NCBI RefSeq assembly: GCF_009914755.1 | Contig: NC_060925.1 | DNA from: the human T2T-CHM13v2.0 reference genome, Homo sapiens | Direction: 5' to 3' (one strand) | DNA length: 64,000 nucleotides | Shown: positions 41,895-56,428 of the stretch, piece after piece | Layout of the letters: every line of letters starts with the position of its first letter | How positions within the stretch are numbered: the first letter of the stretch is position 1 | Notes under the pieces: generated by a model | What the model was told of the DNA's origin: nothing | Databases searched by the model: none | What the model saw: only the letters and a program-made list of their open reading frames with translations | Position numbers and translations under genes: made by a program

Positions 41895-44800
41895 GACACC
41901 AAACTTCTCAATCTTAATGTTGTCGTCTATGTGGTATCTTCCATAATCTCTCCCAAACATAGTCATCTTTTGCTGATATGATCTCACAGTATTTTTTGTT
42001 TACACCATTATAATCTCATTAACTGCAGCAACACAAATGACAAAAGACAACTGATTTTTCCCCTTGGATGATCTAATTTACTTTCACTCTTCCATCATCA
42101 CTTATGACATGATGATTCTCAAATTCATCTACCTAAAATCTATATATATAAAAATCCCTCCCTTGAATTCCAGATCCTTGGAGACAAACACCCACATCTA
42201 AAACCAAATTTGTTTAACACTGGACCAGTCATCCTGTATGACTTTCCATTTTGTCACTGTTTTGTCAGATGGTATACCAATATCCACCCAGTTAAACAAT
42301 ATTTCCTTGTTTTTTCTGGTACAAACCCAAATAAATTACAAACATCAATAAAACTAAAATTCTAAAATAACTCACTTTCTCTATATATCTCCTTGCTGGA
42401 AAAATGGGTTACGTTAGTTCTTTTAAAAACATGCATGATAAATTGTACTAAATACAATATTCAGGTCTGGACATACTAGGTATAATTTTCTGTGTCTCTG
42501 GGGTCTTACATATTTAAGGTCAAAATAAACTTAAGTTTATTAAGCTTATTAATCTTCAATTTCATCATCCTCTTTAACAGTTATGTTCCCTGGTAGTTTC
42601 ATTGCCAATAATTTATTTGTCAGGTTGCCAGGTGCTTCTAAACTTCTATGTATTTTTTCATATCCAATTTTACTTTAAATATTTTTATGAAAAGAAGCCT
42701 GTTAAATTTCCTAATTATATTATTATTTTTTCAATGACGTTTTGTGACTTGAAAACCCTTAAAGATATGAAATCATTTTTTCCCAATATGTACCACAGAC
42801 AACGTTGTTAAATAAATAAGAAGACAGAAACGGCATTATCAAGAGAGAAATATTCAATATATCTTATATTTCTGTCACACATTTTTATACCAACTGTGCC
42901 AAAAGTTGTATATCATATAAATGATAACAAATTTACAAAGGCATTCCTTTATCCCTTAGCTCTCAAATTAAAAACTTTCATAGGTAGGAAGTAGGGCAAG
43001 CATATATTCCCTTTGAAAGGTGCAAGAAAATGTCATTGGCATTCACATATGGTACTCTTTTCTTTAAGCTTAAAAAAATGGACTATAAAACATTTACAAA
43101 CATAGCCTACTTATTGGGCATCTTTATGTTTACATAAATATTGAAGATATCTCACATACCTCTTTCAATCAAATTATCTCACTGACATTTATTGACCACT
43201 TTCTATGGGGAAAAAAATTGTGTTTGCCCTGGAAAGCTTCTTTGGAACTCACTTCTTGAATAAAAATGTTCTCCTAATTCCTAGTTTTGTGTGCCTTGTT
43301 TTATATTCTATGGTCAAGATATAACAAGGTATTTGATAATAAAGTCAGGCCTTTAAATGAAGGTTTATTGCCACACATATTTGAATCTGATAAAAGCAAC
43401 TGCATATAATTTTACAAAGGTTCTATAATGTCTAGAAAATTATCATAGCATAAAATGAAGATGTAAGTTTTCTTTATTTTCTATTAAAGTTTAATCTTTA
43501 ATGGCCAGAGCAGAGTTTCAAATTAATTATTTTACTGTTATTAGGTTTTTTCATTTCTTGTATCCATCCGAAACTCTGTCCAGCATTCCCATGAACATTA
43601 GTGGCTCATTAGGAGGCTCAGAGTTAATCCGCAGGGCAAAACATTTGTTCCGTCATTAAGGCCTGCTTTCCTGGGAGTTAGAAATAAGCAGAAATCTAAT
43701 TTTGGTTAATTTCATTGCTTAGGTCATAGTAGTAAATTCAACTCAGTCAGCTCTTATAAAATTATCTTTTATTAAAATGAACTGTAAGTTTTGTAGAAAT
43801 GCAAAAATGTCTCCACTGAGACAAAATTCCTTAGATGACAAAATACAAAATAAAATTATGCTTATTTTCCTCAGTTATCATTTAGTATAATATTAACTCT
43901 ATGGTTTGTATAATTTGATAATTTCTAACTTTTCTACAAATAAATTATTATAGCAACTACGTATCAGACTTTTAACAAATACACTCACAGGAATTTTACC
44001 ATATTCTTTTATTGCCTATCTAATTTCCTGATCATATTTTAGGCTCACTAAGAAGCATTATTCACTATTAAGTTGCCAACTTGAACTAAACTTTGGCTGT
44101 GGGTGGGCTAAAGGCTAAGTAAAGTGCCCATTAATAACTACTTTCATTCCCAGAGTTTGTGTGTGATTCTAAGTAAGCAATTCCTTTTCCTGTCTCTTGA
44201 GGTACGATGCTGGAATCAACTCTGATACATGTTTTATTGAACATTATTTATCGCTGGCTTGCAAGCAGGGCTGCAAAGTAAAATTCTACATTTATAGATG
44301 ACACTAATTTTGTTGACTGAGTAAAATGCCAAGAGGGTAAGGCTTAACTAAAAAGCAGTCAGGTGAGAAGTAATTTTGGAGTTGGTAGATGTGAGATCCA
44401 GCCTCTAGTGCTGCCACTTAACTATTTCTAGTTTGTAACCTCCCAAAACATCAGGTTTTCTCTACTGTAAAATCAAGATTTAGGAAGTCATTGACTGAAC
44501 AGGTGGTAATGAGAATGGGTGTAAAATCATTAACACAGGTGAAGCACAATAAAAAGAGTCATGGGAATCAAGAGGTCTGTCTTCAAATTCCAGAGCTATC
44601 ACTTTTTAATTCTGTCATCCTGGGCAACTCACTTTATTTCTCAATCTTTCATCTTATACCTCTGTAAAATATCAATATTAACAACTATCTTCTGGAGCTA
44701 TTTTATTTTTAAATAAGATACATCATCTCATTAAGAACACAGGTTTTGGGTCAAATGGACTTAGTTTGAAATTCCATTTTTCCACTTACTAGTTATATGA

Positions 44801-47075
44801 GTTGAGAAAGCCACATAACTTCTCTAAGCTCCATTTGTTTTCCCTTTTAAAACTAATAAATCTGACGTTAGTTTTTGTAAGGCTTAATGAAATAATCAAG
44901 TTTGGGGGCTACATTAAGAGTGGTATTTGTATTATTCTTAAGAAATCCTTGTGAATGGGGAAAATGACCAACAAAGTTGACTGTTGGCAAGTATAAAGTA
45001 ATGCTTTCATGAAAAAAAATCCAACACAGTCTTAAAAAGTGATGAATGCCAAAATGTCAGATGAGACAGAAGGAAAAGGATCTATTATTACACCCTCTTT
45101 CCTGAAGACAAGAGTCCAATGTGCACTTGTCAACACAAAAGGCCAAAACAATCGCAGGCATCATTTAAAAGGTTATTGGAAAGAAATCAAAAAACATGAT
45201 TTCTTTTCGGTTTTACACAGATATGTCAGGGGATGATGGTAAAGGGAAGTACATAATTATTGTGAGAAAAATCCACAGCATTTGCTTTTGCATATTCTTC
45301 CTTTAAAAATAATTTATTCTCTTATTAAACTACCATTTTACTTGCTCTCAAGTAAAATGAGCAGGAATGAACATTTACAAAAGAAATTAAACTCTCTTGA
45401 TCTAGCATGGTCAGTGGTCAGATTGTGTAAGTGGGGAATTAGCCTGCAATCATTCGTATAATGATATTACATTATAATGAAAATCTGCCCTAGTTGGCTC
45501 TATTCAATATACTTAAGAATCCTTTAGAAATTAAGACACACCTATCTCTTAGATAATAATATGTTAAAGCATATCTCATTATAGCATTTACAAATGCTAA
45601 TTTAGAAGAATAAAAAATGTCTCACGTTAACTTCTCTCAAAAAATACACTGTTCAAAAATTTGGACTTAGACTTTACTCTGTCTAAATTCTCCAAGTTTT
45701 TTTTTTTTTCTGTAAGTATATCTTTTGTTCTTCATCTCAACTGAAAAAAAAAGATGAGTCACATAAGAGACAGTTGTTCTCAACCCTGAATGGACATCGG
45801 ATTCACCTTTGCAGCATTTTAAACAACAACAACAAAAACAAAAATATCCTACCTTTTGTCTTAAAAACAATGTATGCTTATGATAAAAAAAATACAGAAA
45901 TACTCACTCTTTGTTCTAAATCTCCCAGTGCCACTCCCCCAACAGAATTGTTTTCTATGTTTTGTATGTCTTTTCAGAAATTATGTAAGCCAGAGTATTT
46001 TTCTGTATCGATATCTATTTTTTTTTAAAAGTTGTTAACAGAAATAGGGTAATCCTATACATAATATACTAAAAAACAGCTTGCTTGCCTTTATAATACA
46101 CCTGGACATTTTTCTGTAATGCCTACAGGTAGGTACTTCCCCTTTCTTTTTAAGTACCTGAAGATTCATTCACAAATTATTTACAAGAGAAGACCTAGTT
46201 GATCCATTAATCAGAGCCAGGTTGTACTAAGAAGGAAGGAGCCTACTACCTCTAAGTGGTCATCAGCAGTTATTCTATGTTATAGAGATAATACAGAGAA
46301 CTGTTACTATTCACGTCTTTTAGGTGGAGGTTGGTTGGTCTTTTCCCAGTATTTCTCCTCTAATACAACGCTGCCATGAATAGCTGTTAAATGTAACAAT
46401 GTAGGCACAGCTAAAGTATAAACTCATAGAGGTAGAATTGCTGGTTCAAAGGCTATGTGCCTCTTTAATTTTCCCAAATTGTTTTCTAAAATGTCATGTT
46501 AAGTAACACTCTCACCATTCCTTTGCTCATGGGAATATTTTTATATATTTTAATGAATATGTGTGATTATTTAAATATACAGAGAGAGTGTGAAAGAGAT
46601 ATTGTACTGCAAACAAACTTTATTAAAATGTCTATGATTGGGTCTGGAGGCTCAGACATATTTTTCTTAAAATCTCCCAAAGATAATCCCATTGATTAAG
46701 CATATTTAGTAATCATTTTCTCATTTTTTTGACAGTGTAGATTTGTTGTATAAACATTAATTGTGGAAACCTATCACTAGAATTTGTGATGCAAGAAATA
46801 CGAGTCCAAATCTGTAAAACTATACATTGTAAATCTCGGGTGATTAACACAGCTGTACTCAGGAATCATTTTTCTACATTACATCAGACTCTATTCTACA
46901 TATAGTTTCACAGAAAATCAAAATGATGAGGGGTGGTGTTCTTTCTGTCCTCAAAATATACCTTGAATTGAAAGTTAAAGTTCTACAAAAGTGACAGCTA
47001 AAAAATTTAAAATAACCTCAATCATACTATCATTATCAATTCTATCCCAGTTCTCTTTGACCTCATTTTACTACT

Positions 47076-47665
47076 TGTGGCAGACTGTATTTTACAAAAT
47101 GACCACATCGCCCATGCCACAGATGCTTCTGCGTTATGGCCTTGACACCCCCATCGAAAGGCAGAGTTTAAAAACCCTTCTCCAATCTGGGCTGGCCTTA
47201 GTGATTATCTTGTAACCATTAGAATGTGGTTGAAATGACGAGGCAGGAATTCTTAGGGTAGGCTCAAGAAGGCCCTAGGAATTCCACTTTGGTGATGTTC
47301 ACTCTCCCCATTACTCCTCTCAGGATGTTTGTTTTTGGAATCCAGTCAGTCGCCAAGGAGAGGCCATGCGTAGATGACCTAATCCACAGTCCTAGCTGAG
47401 GCTTTGATTCCTACCTGTAGAGGTGCCACACACATGAATGAAGAGGCCTCCAGGTAATTTCAACCCTCAGCCATTCGAGTCACATCCCTTGCCCTTTGAT
47501 TCTTCTCAGCTTAGGCCCCAGACATTTTTAAGCAGACATAAGCCAACCTCACTGTGTTCTCTGCATGAGTTTATGACCCAGAGTATCCATGAACAAATAT
47601 GAAATGGTTGCTATTTTATAACACTATGTTTGCAGTATTTTGTTATGCAGTAATATCAATGAACA
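47076..47665 (+). mobile_element. Old MLT1 (F/G/H-like) MaLR LTR
   Basis: TGTGGCAGACTGTATTTTACAAAATGACC ... GTTTGCAGTATTTTGTTATGCAGTAAT...GAACA. Confidence 0.7.
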
Positions 47666-50600
47666 CATAGCTACACCACTGGAACACTATTTTATACTTT
47701 CTAAAATGAAGAAAGAACATCTGCTGATTGTATTTATATATAATCACATTAAAAAAAAAAATCACTCCCTAAAGTGTGTTTAAGGGTTATGGGTTTGGGA
47801 AAGAGGATTTCATGTTCAACTTGAGGAAACACTGGGTACAGGTGGCACTGTTAGTTCTCTACCTAAGAATTTCCAGATGATAATCAATAATTGTTCGAGT
47901 TTAGCATGGTAATACTATTCCTTTTTTAGTTGTTGGTTTAGTAGTAGGCTTGTATCCAAGTTCTGGCCAATAAAAGCTGACCCAGACCCAATGGAAGCAT
48001 TCTGGGAAATATTTTCCTTCTTTGATAAAATAATCGAGGGTCACACAAATAGTTACTTTGCAATGTTCTAGCCATCACCACTTTTGCGCTTTTACAATTT
48101 CTCATATGAAGACTTGATCCTGGAAGCAGAAGCAGCTAACTTGTGAATATAAAGGTAGGACCAAGGCACAAAACACAGGCATAAAATCAGTGAACCAGGG
48201 AATAAAACCTGAAAACACTCATTTCTCATCATAAACAAGACACTGCATGTCTATATTACTAATAACTTTAGCGAAGTTTTCTGTTACTTGCAGCTGAATG
48301 TATTATAAACACTACACTATGCTTAGACAAAATTAGCATCCACATATGGCCACTTAAGCATGCTTCATAGTCTATGTCATGAATGATACTACTGGATTTG
48401 TGTAATGCAGTGGCCCTATCAATATGCATTCTAAATCTTCCTAGACCTAGGCATTTTGCTTTGAATGGAAGTTTGGTGAGGATCAAACTGATGTGCTTTA
48501 TTTATTCATGGAAATGGGCTAAAGAAAAACTGGTTTGCACCTCTACCAATTTTCTCTTGTAATTTAGAATATTAAATATCTTATTGTAGGTTAGAATGTA
48601 ATTGTTCACTTGTGATTATGAAAATATAAACTTTCCTAACAGAATCCAATATAATAAATTAACATTTAGAAAGTTACAATTAGGAAATGAATATGAACTC
48701 AGATCTAAATCACCTGAAAAATATTTTAAGAGATTAATCATTATGTCCTCCTTAGATAACAGCTTTATTTGATCCTCATAATAAAGTAGAAAAAGAAAAA
48801 AATCATTTAGTAAGTTTAGACAGTAAAAGATTATAACTGCATCAATATTTTCCCAAACTTGTGGAGTGTGCCATGTGATAAAAGTGGCCTAAATAGGAAA
48901 AATTATATTATTGCATCTGTTGATTCATTCACTAATTCAATAACCATGTGCTAAACATTGATGTAGAATGTTAATAACTATGTTATCCTAAGTTCAATAA
49001 TTCACCACATTCATTCAAATAATATTTGTTACTAGTAGATTCTAGGCATAATGTTACAAGTCCAAAATTTTTAGTAAAACCTCTGGGTTTTTTAGTTTAA
49101 AAATAACTGCAGCTCAGATTCATAACACTTCATTAAATGTAGATACCTCTTGTTTAATTACAGCACAGCTACTTCTTCAAATGACAACTAGTTAATCTGA
49201 CAAACTTATTCAAGTTACAGCTTTAAATATTAACTTAACACACGTGCTCTGTCCAAAGCATCAATTTTATTTTAATATGTGCATGGATCGAAAAGTATTT
49301 TAAGTGTTAGAAATTTCAGATACATGCCAAAACAGTAGAATAGGCCTCAATGCTCCTTCAACCACACCGGATAGAGTTACTCTCAGCTTGGACATATTTG
49401 AGTTACACGCTGTTTTTTCTATACCTACTGATGGTTGCCCTCTGCAAAGCTCCTCAAAAGCAGGTTTCAAAATGTGAGTCTTATGCTTGGTTTTCTAAGT
49501 GTTTTTTGCAAGTGATAAATTTCTAATTGTTTCTAACTTATATGAAAGAATCAAATGGTATTTTAAAGAGTGAAGTGCATAGAAGATCTCAAACTGAATT
49601 TTCAGTGAAACAAAGGCATCTTTTGCAGCATGCTGAAAATCAACATGCCTCAATCACATCAGCAGGCAAGTCAAAATTCCTGCAGGTGATGACAGCCAAT
49701 GCAGATGGTAACTTCTCCCCTCTGATTTTCTGCTCTGTGGCAAACAGAAAATAAAGGAGTTAAAAGTAACATACGGTTTGAGACTCTAGAAAAGTGGCTG
49801 ATCATGCCCAAAGGACAAGAAAATAAGCAGCTTTTACAATTTTTCATATTATTTAACATGCTCACAACTTAGAAGAAGGGTGCAAGTCAATTTTACTATA
49901 ATTTTATATTCAGTAGGCTAAATCTAGGCACAACCAGCTGGGTTGTTAATACAGGTCAAGGAATAATTAGCTACATTTGTTTCCATTTTAGAAAACCTAA
50001 ATGAGCTCTGAGTGGGTTTGAGGCTAAGAAAGAAACAAAGATTTCTTCACTGATGTAATAGATTCTGACAAAAACATGAGAGCAGAGAACAGGGGATTAT
50101 TATACTAAGATGCACTTATGAAAAAATAATGAATGAAGAACTGATATTATACTTGCAAAATTCAAATAAATGCCACAACTCTGTAATAAATGGATTATGA
50201 CGGTGGGAAAAGTCCATGCTGGGTGTTCTTCCTCATAGTAAGCAGTCAGGGAAAGAAAATAGAGCAATTCAGCCCAACCGTCATCCAAAGGCACCAATCA
50301 TTTTTCTTCCATGGCACACTCAGGCAACAGTGGATATAAATTTTATATCACCAGAGGCTTTTGTGGGGAAAGACAAATTATAAGCTTGAATTTTAAAGAA
50401 TATGATCATATGATTTTTGGAATCTATTTAAAATATGAACACATTGAGTAACTAGAGACATACATGATTATAATTTTTATAGAGTTTTATCTCAAAGCAA
50501 ATTAACCTTATAATTATACATATAACAAATAAAAAATATCTCCACATAATCAACAACTGTGGCTTGGTGAATTCCCAAGAAACACGTACACACAAATAAA

Positions 50601-51931
50601 AATAAGTGAATGCATCCAGGGGATAATACTGCCAATTATTTATCTTTCATTTACATGTTTTATTTCAAATGTAAATAATCCGGAAGCACTACCTTTCTTC
50701 ATAGAGTAAATATAGCAAATGTCTGATGCTACATTATATTGTTTTCTGAAAGCCACATGACTGGAGGGGAAGTGGTTGCACAGACTTATGAGCAGTGCCA
50801 ATATGCAGTATTCTCTATATGACATCAACTTTCTCTTTTACTCAAAGATTCTGGTGCTGAGGTGGGAAAACATTTTATAGTAATGTGTGATGATTAGACA
50901 CATAAAGCACTTGATAAAATATCCAGACCACATCTTGCTACAACTACGGAAGACCAGCTTCAAGAAGCCATATGAATGTCTCATAATGTTGTATCTTTAA
51001 AAATATGCTATCAAGAATATCACTGACTGTATTATTTACTCTCTCTAAAGTCTCTGGGACTTTATCAATTTTTCCCTTCAGAAATGTAAATCTGTACGAT
51101 TATAAAAAAATGTGCAAATTGCACTGGAAAGAGGAGACACTGAAAGGATCCACTCAACCAATGAGAGACACAACCAGCAAGACACAGTACCCTGCCAATG
51201 TGCATAAAGATGATTTAATAGGGAAACAAAACATTCTGAAGTTGATATGAAAAACAAAGTATTACAAAACAACTTTGGGATATCAGATTTGTTGCGGTCA
51301 GTTAGTGAGTTTAAGTTACAGTACATTTCTTTTCTATTTGTTAATTTTTTCAAAATATTTATTGAATTTCTATTGCATACTGGTTCTAGAAACTGGGGAT
51401 GCATCCGTGAACAAAACACATAAAAATCCTGTGAAGCTAACATTCAATTCACAAAATCCTAGTTTACTTTAAAGGGGGAATAATATTTACTGTGCTACTG
51501 TGCTTAACAATGCTATGAGGAAGAGAGATTTAACATATTTTGTATAGAAAAGGTTTTACAAATTAAAGTGCTAAATGATAATCAAACATTCTATAGGTAT
51601 TATTCTGAAATGTAGTTTGCTCCTCTGTAACTCTGATCTATTATTTTCTAATTGGAAACATCTAGGTTTCATTATGTGTAAAATTGTACACTAAATCTAT
51701 AGGTACTCTACATGATGGCAAGTGATTTTTTTAGATAAATTGATAAGAGGCCTTGGTTTTAGGCAGTAATGCTTTTCTCATGGAAAACCAGCTTGCTGTA
51801 AGAAGACATGATGTTTCAAAATGTTCCACTCTACTATAGGGGAATGTGGCTTCCTGGTAAAATCATTTGCATGAATTTAAATAAGAGCTGCCATGCTGTG
51901 AGGGCTGCAGCTCAACCCCTACATCTCATAT

Positions 51932-52253
<322 letters not shown>

Positions 52254-53334
52254 TAATATTGTAGTTAGCGTGCATATACCATCATGTTCTAAGAACTAAG
52301 ATTCTTCTGTTGAAATCCTGTTATACAGTATTGCCTTGCTTCTGTCATCATGTGAGTTTAGTGAGCTCTAGAAAAAGCATATGGGTAAATTTAGGTTCTG
52401 TGCAACCCCAGGATGCATGCAGTCAAAGGCCTTGACCAAGCAACCCAGTCAATCACATTTTCTGCCATGACAGCCCTACCATGCAGATCTATTACTTGCC
52501 TCCATATTTTCTCAGTGTGCTTCCACACTTACCATTGGGGGCAGGTGTGGAAAGAAAAGTCAGTATTCTGTCTTAATTATTACAACATGATTAGGAAGTT
52601 CTAGATTCATGAAGAAAATAACAGAAGTAAGTGAAACTATGGACATATTATTTGATTCCCAGCTGCTTGTGGGAAGCCCAAATGTGTTTCCTCCTTGAGA
52701 AGCATTGCACTGAAAAGTCAGAATAAGCCTTTTGGAAATAAGATGATGACATCAAGTCATGAATTATTAGGCAGTTTTCTGCCTTTGCTTTATCTCATGC
52801 CTAGAGATATTCTGGCTTCATTTTTTTTCTTTCAATAGATATTTGAGTGTCAGTCACTATAGTCTTGTGTATACTGAAATATATTGCATAGCTGTATTGA
52901 AATTGCAGCTGAAAATTTAAAGTTGTGATGTCTGCTCCCACAAATGACTGTAAGGTTAGGTGCTACTTAGATTATTATGGGAGCCCATAGCAGGTTCACC
53001 AAACCTATTCAGGGATATCAGAAGAAACAGCCTAGCAGAAGTGGCAAGGTGAGACCAGAAGAACAGGCAGAAGAAATAGCCTGGCAGAAAGAGTGTTGTC
53101 AGCAGAGGGAACAACATAGGAGAAAGCTTGGAGGCCAGGATGGTAGGGAATGTACACCTATTGGGTGGGGAAAGAGACGTGAGCTGGAGACGCAAGGAAG
53201 GGCCAGATCCTGGTGGGCCCTAAATGTTACTTCAAGGAATTTGGGTTTTATTTTAAAGGTAATTATAATGCATCAGGGGAATTTTAAGCAGGAGAATGCA
53301 TATTTTGTGTTTTAGAAAAAAGTCACTCAATTAA

Positions 53335-53627
53335 GGGCGGGACTAGGGGCTCACACCTGTAATGCCAGCACTTTGAGAAGTTGAGGCAGACAGATTACTG
53401 GAGGCCTGGAATTCAAGACCAGATTGGCCAACATGGTGAAATCCCATCTCTACTAAAAAATAGAAAAATTAGCCAGGCATGGTAGTGCGTGCCTGTAGAT
53501 CCAGCTCCTCCTTGGGAGGCCGAGGGAGTAGAATCACTTGAACCTGGAGGTTTCAGTGAGCCGAGATAGTGCCACTGCAATCCACCCTGGGCAACAGAGC
53601 GAGACTCTGTCTCAAAGAAAAAAAAAA
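53335..53627 (+). mobile_element. Diverged AluS/J
   Basis: Alu dimer. Imperfect TSD AAAAAGTCACTCAATTAA / AAAAAATCACTTAACTTAA. Confidence 0.88.
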
Positions 53628-53828
53628 TCACTTAACTTAAATAATACTGCTCTATGTCACATGACCTTGGGCATTCTTATATGTAAAAAAGAGAACATAT
53701 ACTCAGAGGGTTGGAATGGTTATTAAATGAAATATGTACCGATCATTGTATCTGGGACAATCATACACATTCAAGGGGACAGACTCTACAGTATGTTTGT
53801 GTTTGAAGAGAGCATTCAGCTCCACCAT

Positions 53829-54289
53829 TGTACTGGTAGGAAAGGTGTTTCCCAAAATTTAATTTGACTCAAAACCTCAGAATTTTACCTTATTAGGAAA
53901 GAGGGTCTTTACAGATGTAATTAGTTAAACATCCTGACATGAAATCATCCTGAACTCAGAGTGCCCCTAAATTTAATGACTGATGCCATTATAAGAAAAG
54001 GAAAGGGCACAGAGATACACAGAGAAGGACACATGAAGACAAAGGCAGAGATTCGATGCTACAAACCAAAGAATGTGTGAAGCCACCAGAACCTGGAAGA
54101 ACCAAGAATGGTATTTTTCCCAGAGGTGTCAGTGTTAGCGTGGTGCTGTCGGTACACTGATTTCTGATTTCTAGTCTCCAGAACTTCAAGAGAACATTTA
54201 ATATTTGTTTTTGTTTTGCTTTTTCTTTTTTTTTAAGCTGCCAGTTTATGGTCCATGCTTTGTTATGACAGCCCAAGGAAATGAATTCA
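53829..54289 (+). mobile_element. MLT1B/C MaLR LTR
   Basis: ACCTTATTAGGAAAGAGGGTCTTTACAGATGTAATTAGTTAA...CACCAGAACCTGGAAGA...TTTGTTATGACAGCCCAAGGAAATGAATTCA. Confidence 0.8.
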
Positions 54290-56038
54290 TTCATGTAGTC
54301 TTGGTATGCTTCTGAGTAAGCTACACAACTTTCTGTGCCTCATTGCTTCTTTGTAAAATTGGTGTACTAACATTTCATGTATTGATTGGGTTGTCACGTG
54401 AATTACATGAGATTATACACATGAAATATGTAGAGCAGTGCTTTGCTCACCACAAAGTAAATAATGAATGTCAGTTCATGTAAGTGCTGTTGTAAGTTAA
54501 AGTACTAGGTAGATAATAAAATGAACATATTTCAACAATTAAAAATATTTTGGTTTTTAATGCATCACATCCAAATTGATCATGACTTTGTAAGTTTTAC
54601 AAATATCCATGCCACATTCCACAATATTTGATGTTAAAATATTTGCCTTTATGGCCAAATGACTACACACATTATTTTCAGTCGTTAATCAAAATATGGT
54701 CACGTATTTTTAAAGAAAAATTCATAGTCTGCTCTTAAATTTCCATATTTCACTTTTATCATAATATTTTCAAATGTATTTGCTAACGTTATCTGCTTCT
54801 TTCTCTGAATGCAGTTTTCCTCTCCTGTAGGAACAGCGTTGGCTCTATATTCTTAATTTCAAAAGGTACTCACATTTCAATATAATTCTCTTGAGACTGT
54901 TTTTAGGAAAATAATAGAGTAAATGACAGAAATGAACTATCCATTGAAGTACAATTTATCATGGAGTGTTGCATACCATTATCTCAGAAACATGCAGTGT
55001 AGTAATCACTTGGAGTAGTGATAACACATAATTGTATGCTAGTCATAAATTATAGGTGAATGGCAGTTTCAGCTAATGAGTGCCAAATAGCAGTGCAGGC
55101 ACTGTAGTGATTAGGGAAGATGTGGATATGAATGCATTTATTACTGGTGTATTACAAAGCTTTTCAAATTAAAAATGGCAGGTCTATAAGTAGACACCAT
55201 GCTAGGACACCTATATCCAAAAGTAAAAGACCTAAGGATATTTCACTATCCCCACCTCCCATATCAGTTTAATATTGTGGGATGGGGGGACATAGGAGGC
55301 AATAAAAATTAATGAAAAGTAGAAACTAAAAACAAAAATAATATAAATCTTTCTACATATATGGGTCCTTTCTTCAAAAATACTTCTGTCAGGTTAAATT
55401 CATTTTATATTACCTTAGGAAGAACTTAGATATACTTAACCTCAGCTGTGTTTTTTATTCCCTTTTACATCTTAAACTTTATTTATGTTGCTTCTCTGAT
55501 GTGTGAAAAAGGTCACTCTTCACTGACTGGTAGTATTTGTCTCTCTAGAGGTGACTTCAAAATCTTACCAAATAGCTACGATTTTATTTCCTGCCCCACG
55601 GATACTATATATTCCACTAGTCCCTATTTATGCTTGGGATGCTATGAAATTTCTATTTATTTTGATACAGCTGAACTCAAAGGTAATTTATGAGGTAGAA
55701 CTGAGTATGGATGATTGCAGTAATAACATTTCTTCCCCAGTTGATTCTTCACTTTAAGATATATTGTATACGTTAGTTTTATTGTAGCCCTTTGGTTGGA
55801 AATCTGAGATGCAATAAACACGGTTTTAAATAGTAAGACTTAAATAATGATGTTTACCCCCGAAGTCCCATCTTAAGTGTTGTTACAAGATTCCCTCGCA
55901 GAGGTAAGTGAACATATAAATGCATATTGAAAAATTCAGAAATACCGAAGTTTTAAAATATAAATTAGATCATTTTCTCTCAAATTATAGTAAAATTCAT
56001 AAGGCACTCAGTTAATATTTTAATTATACTAATTAATA

Positions 56039-56428
<390 letters not shown>

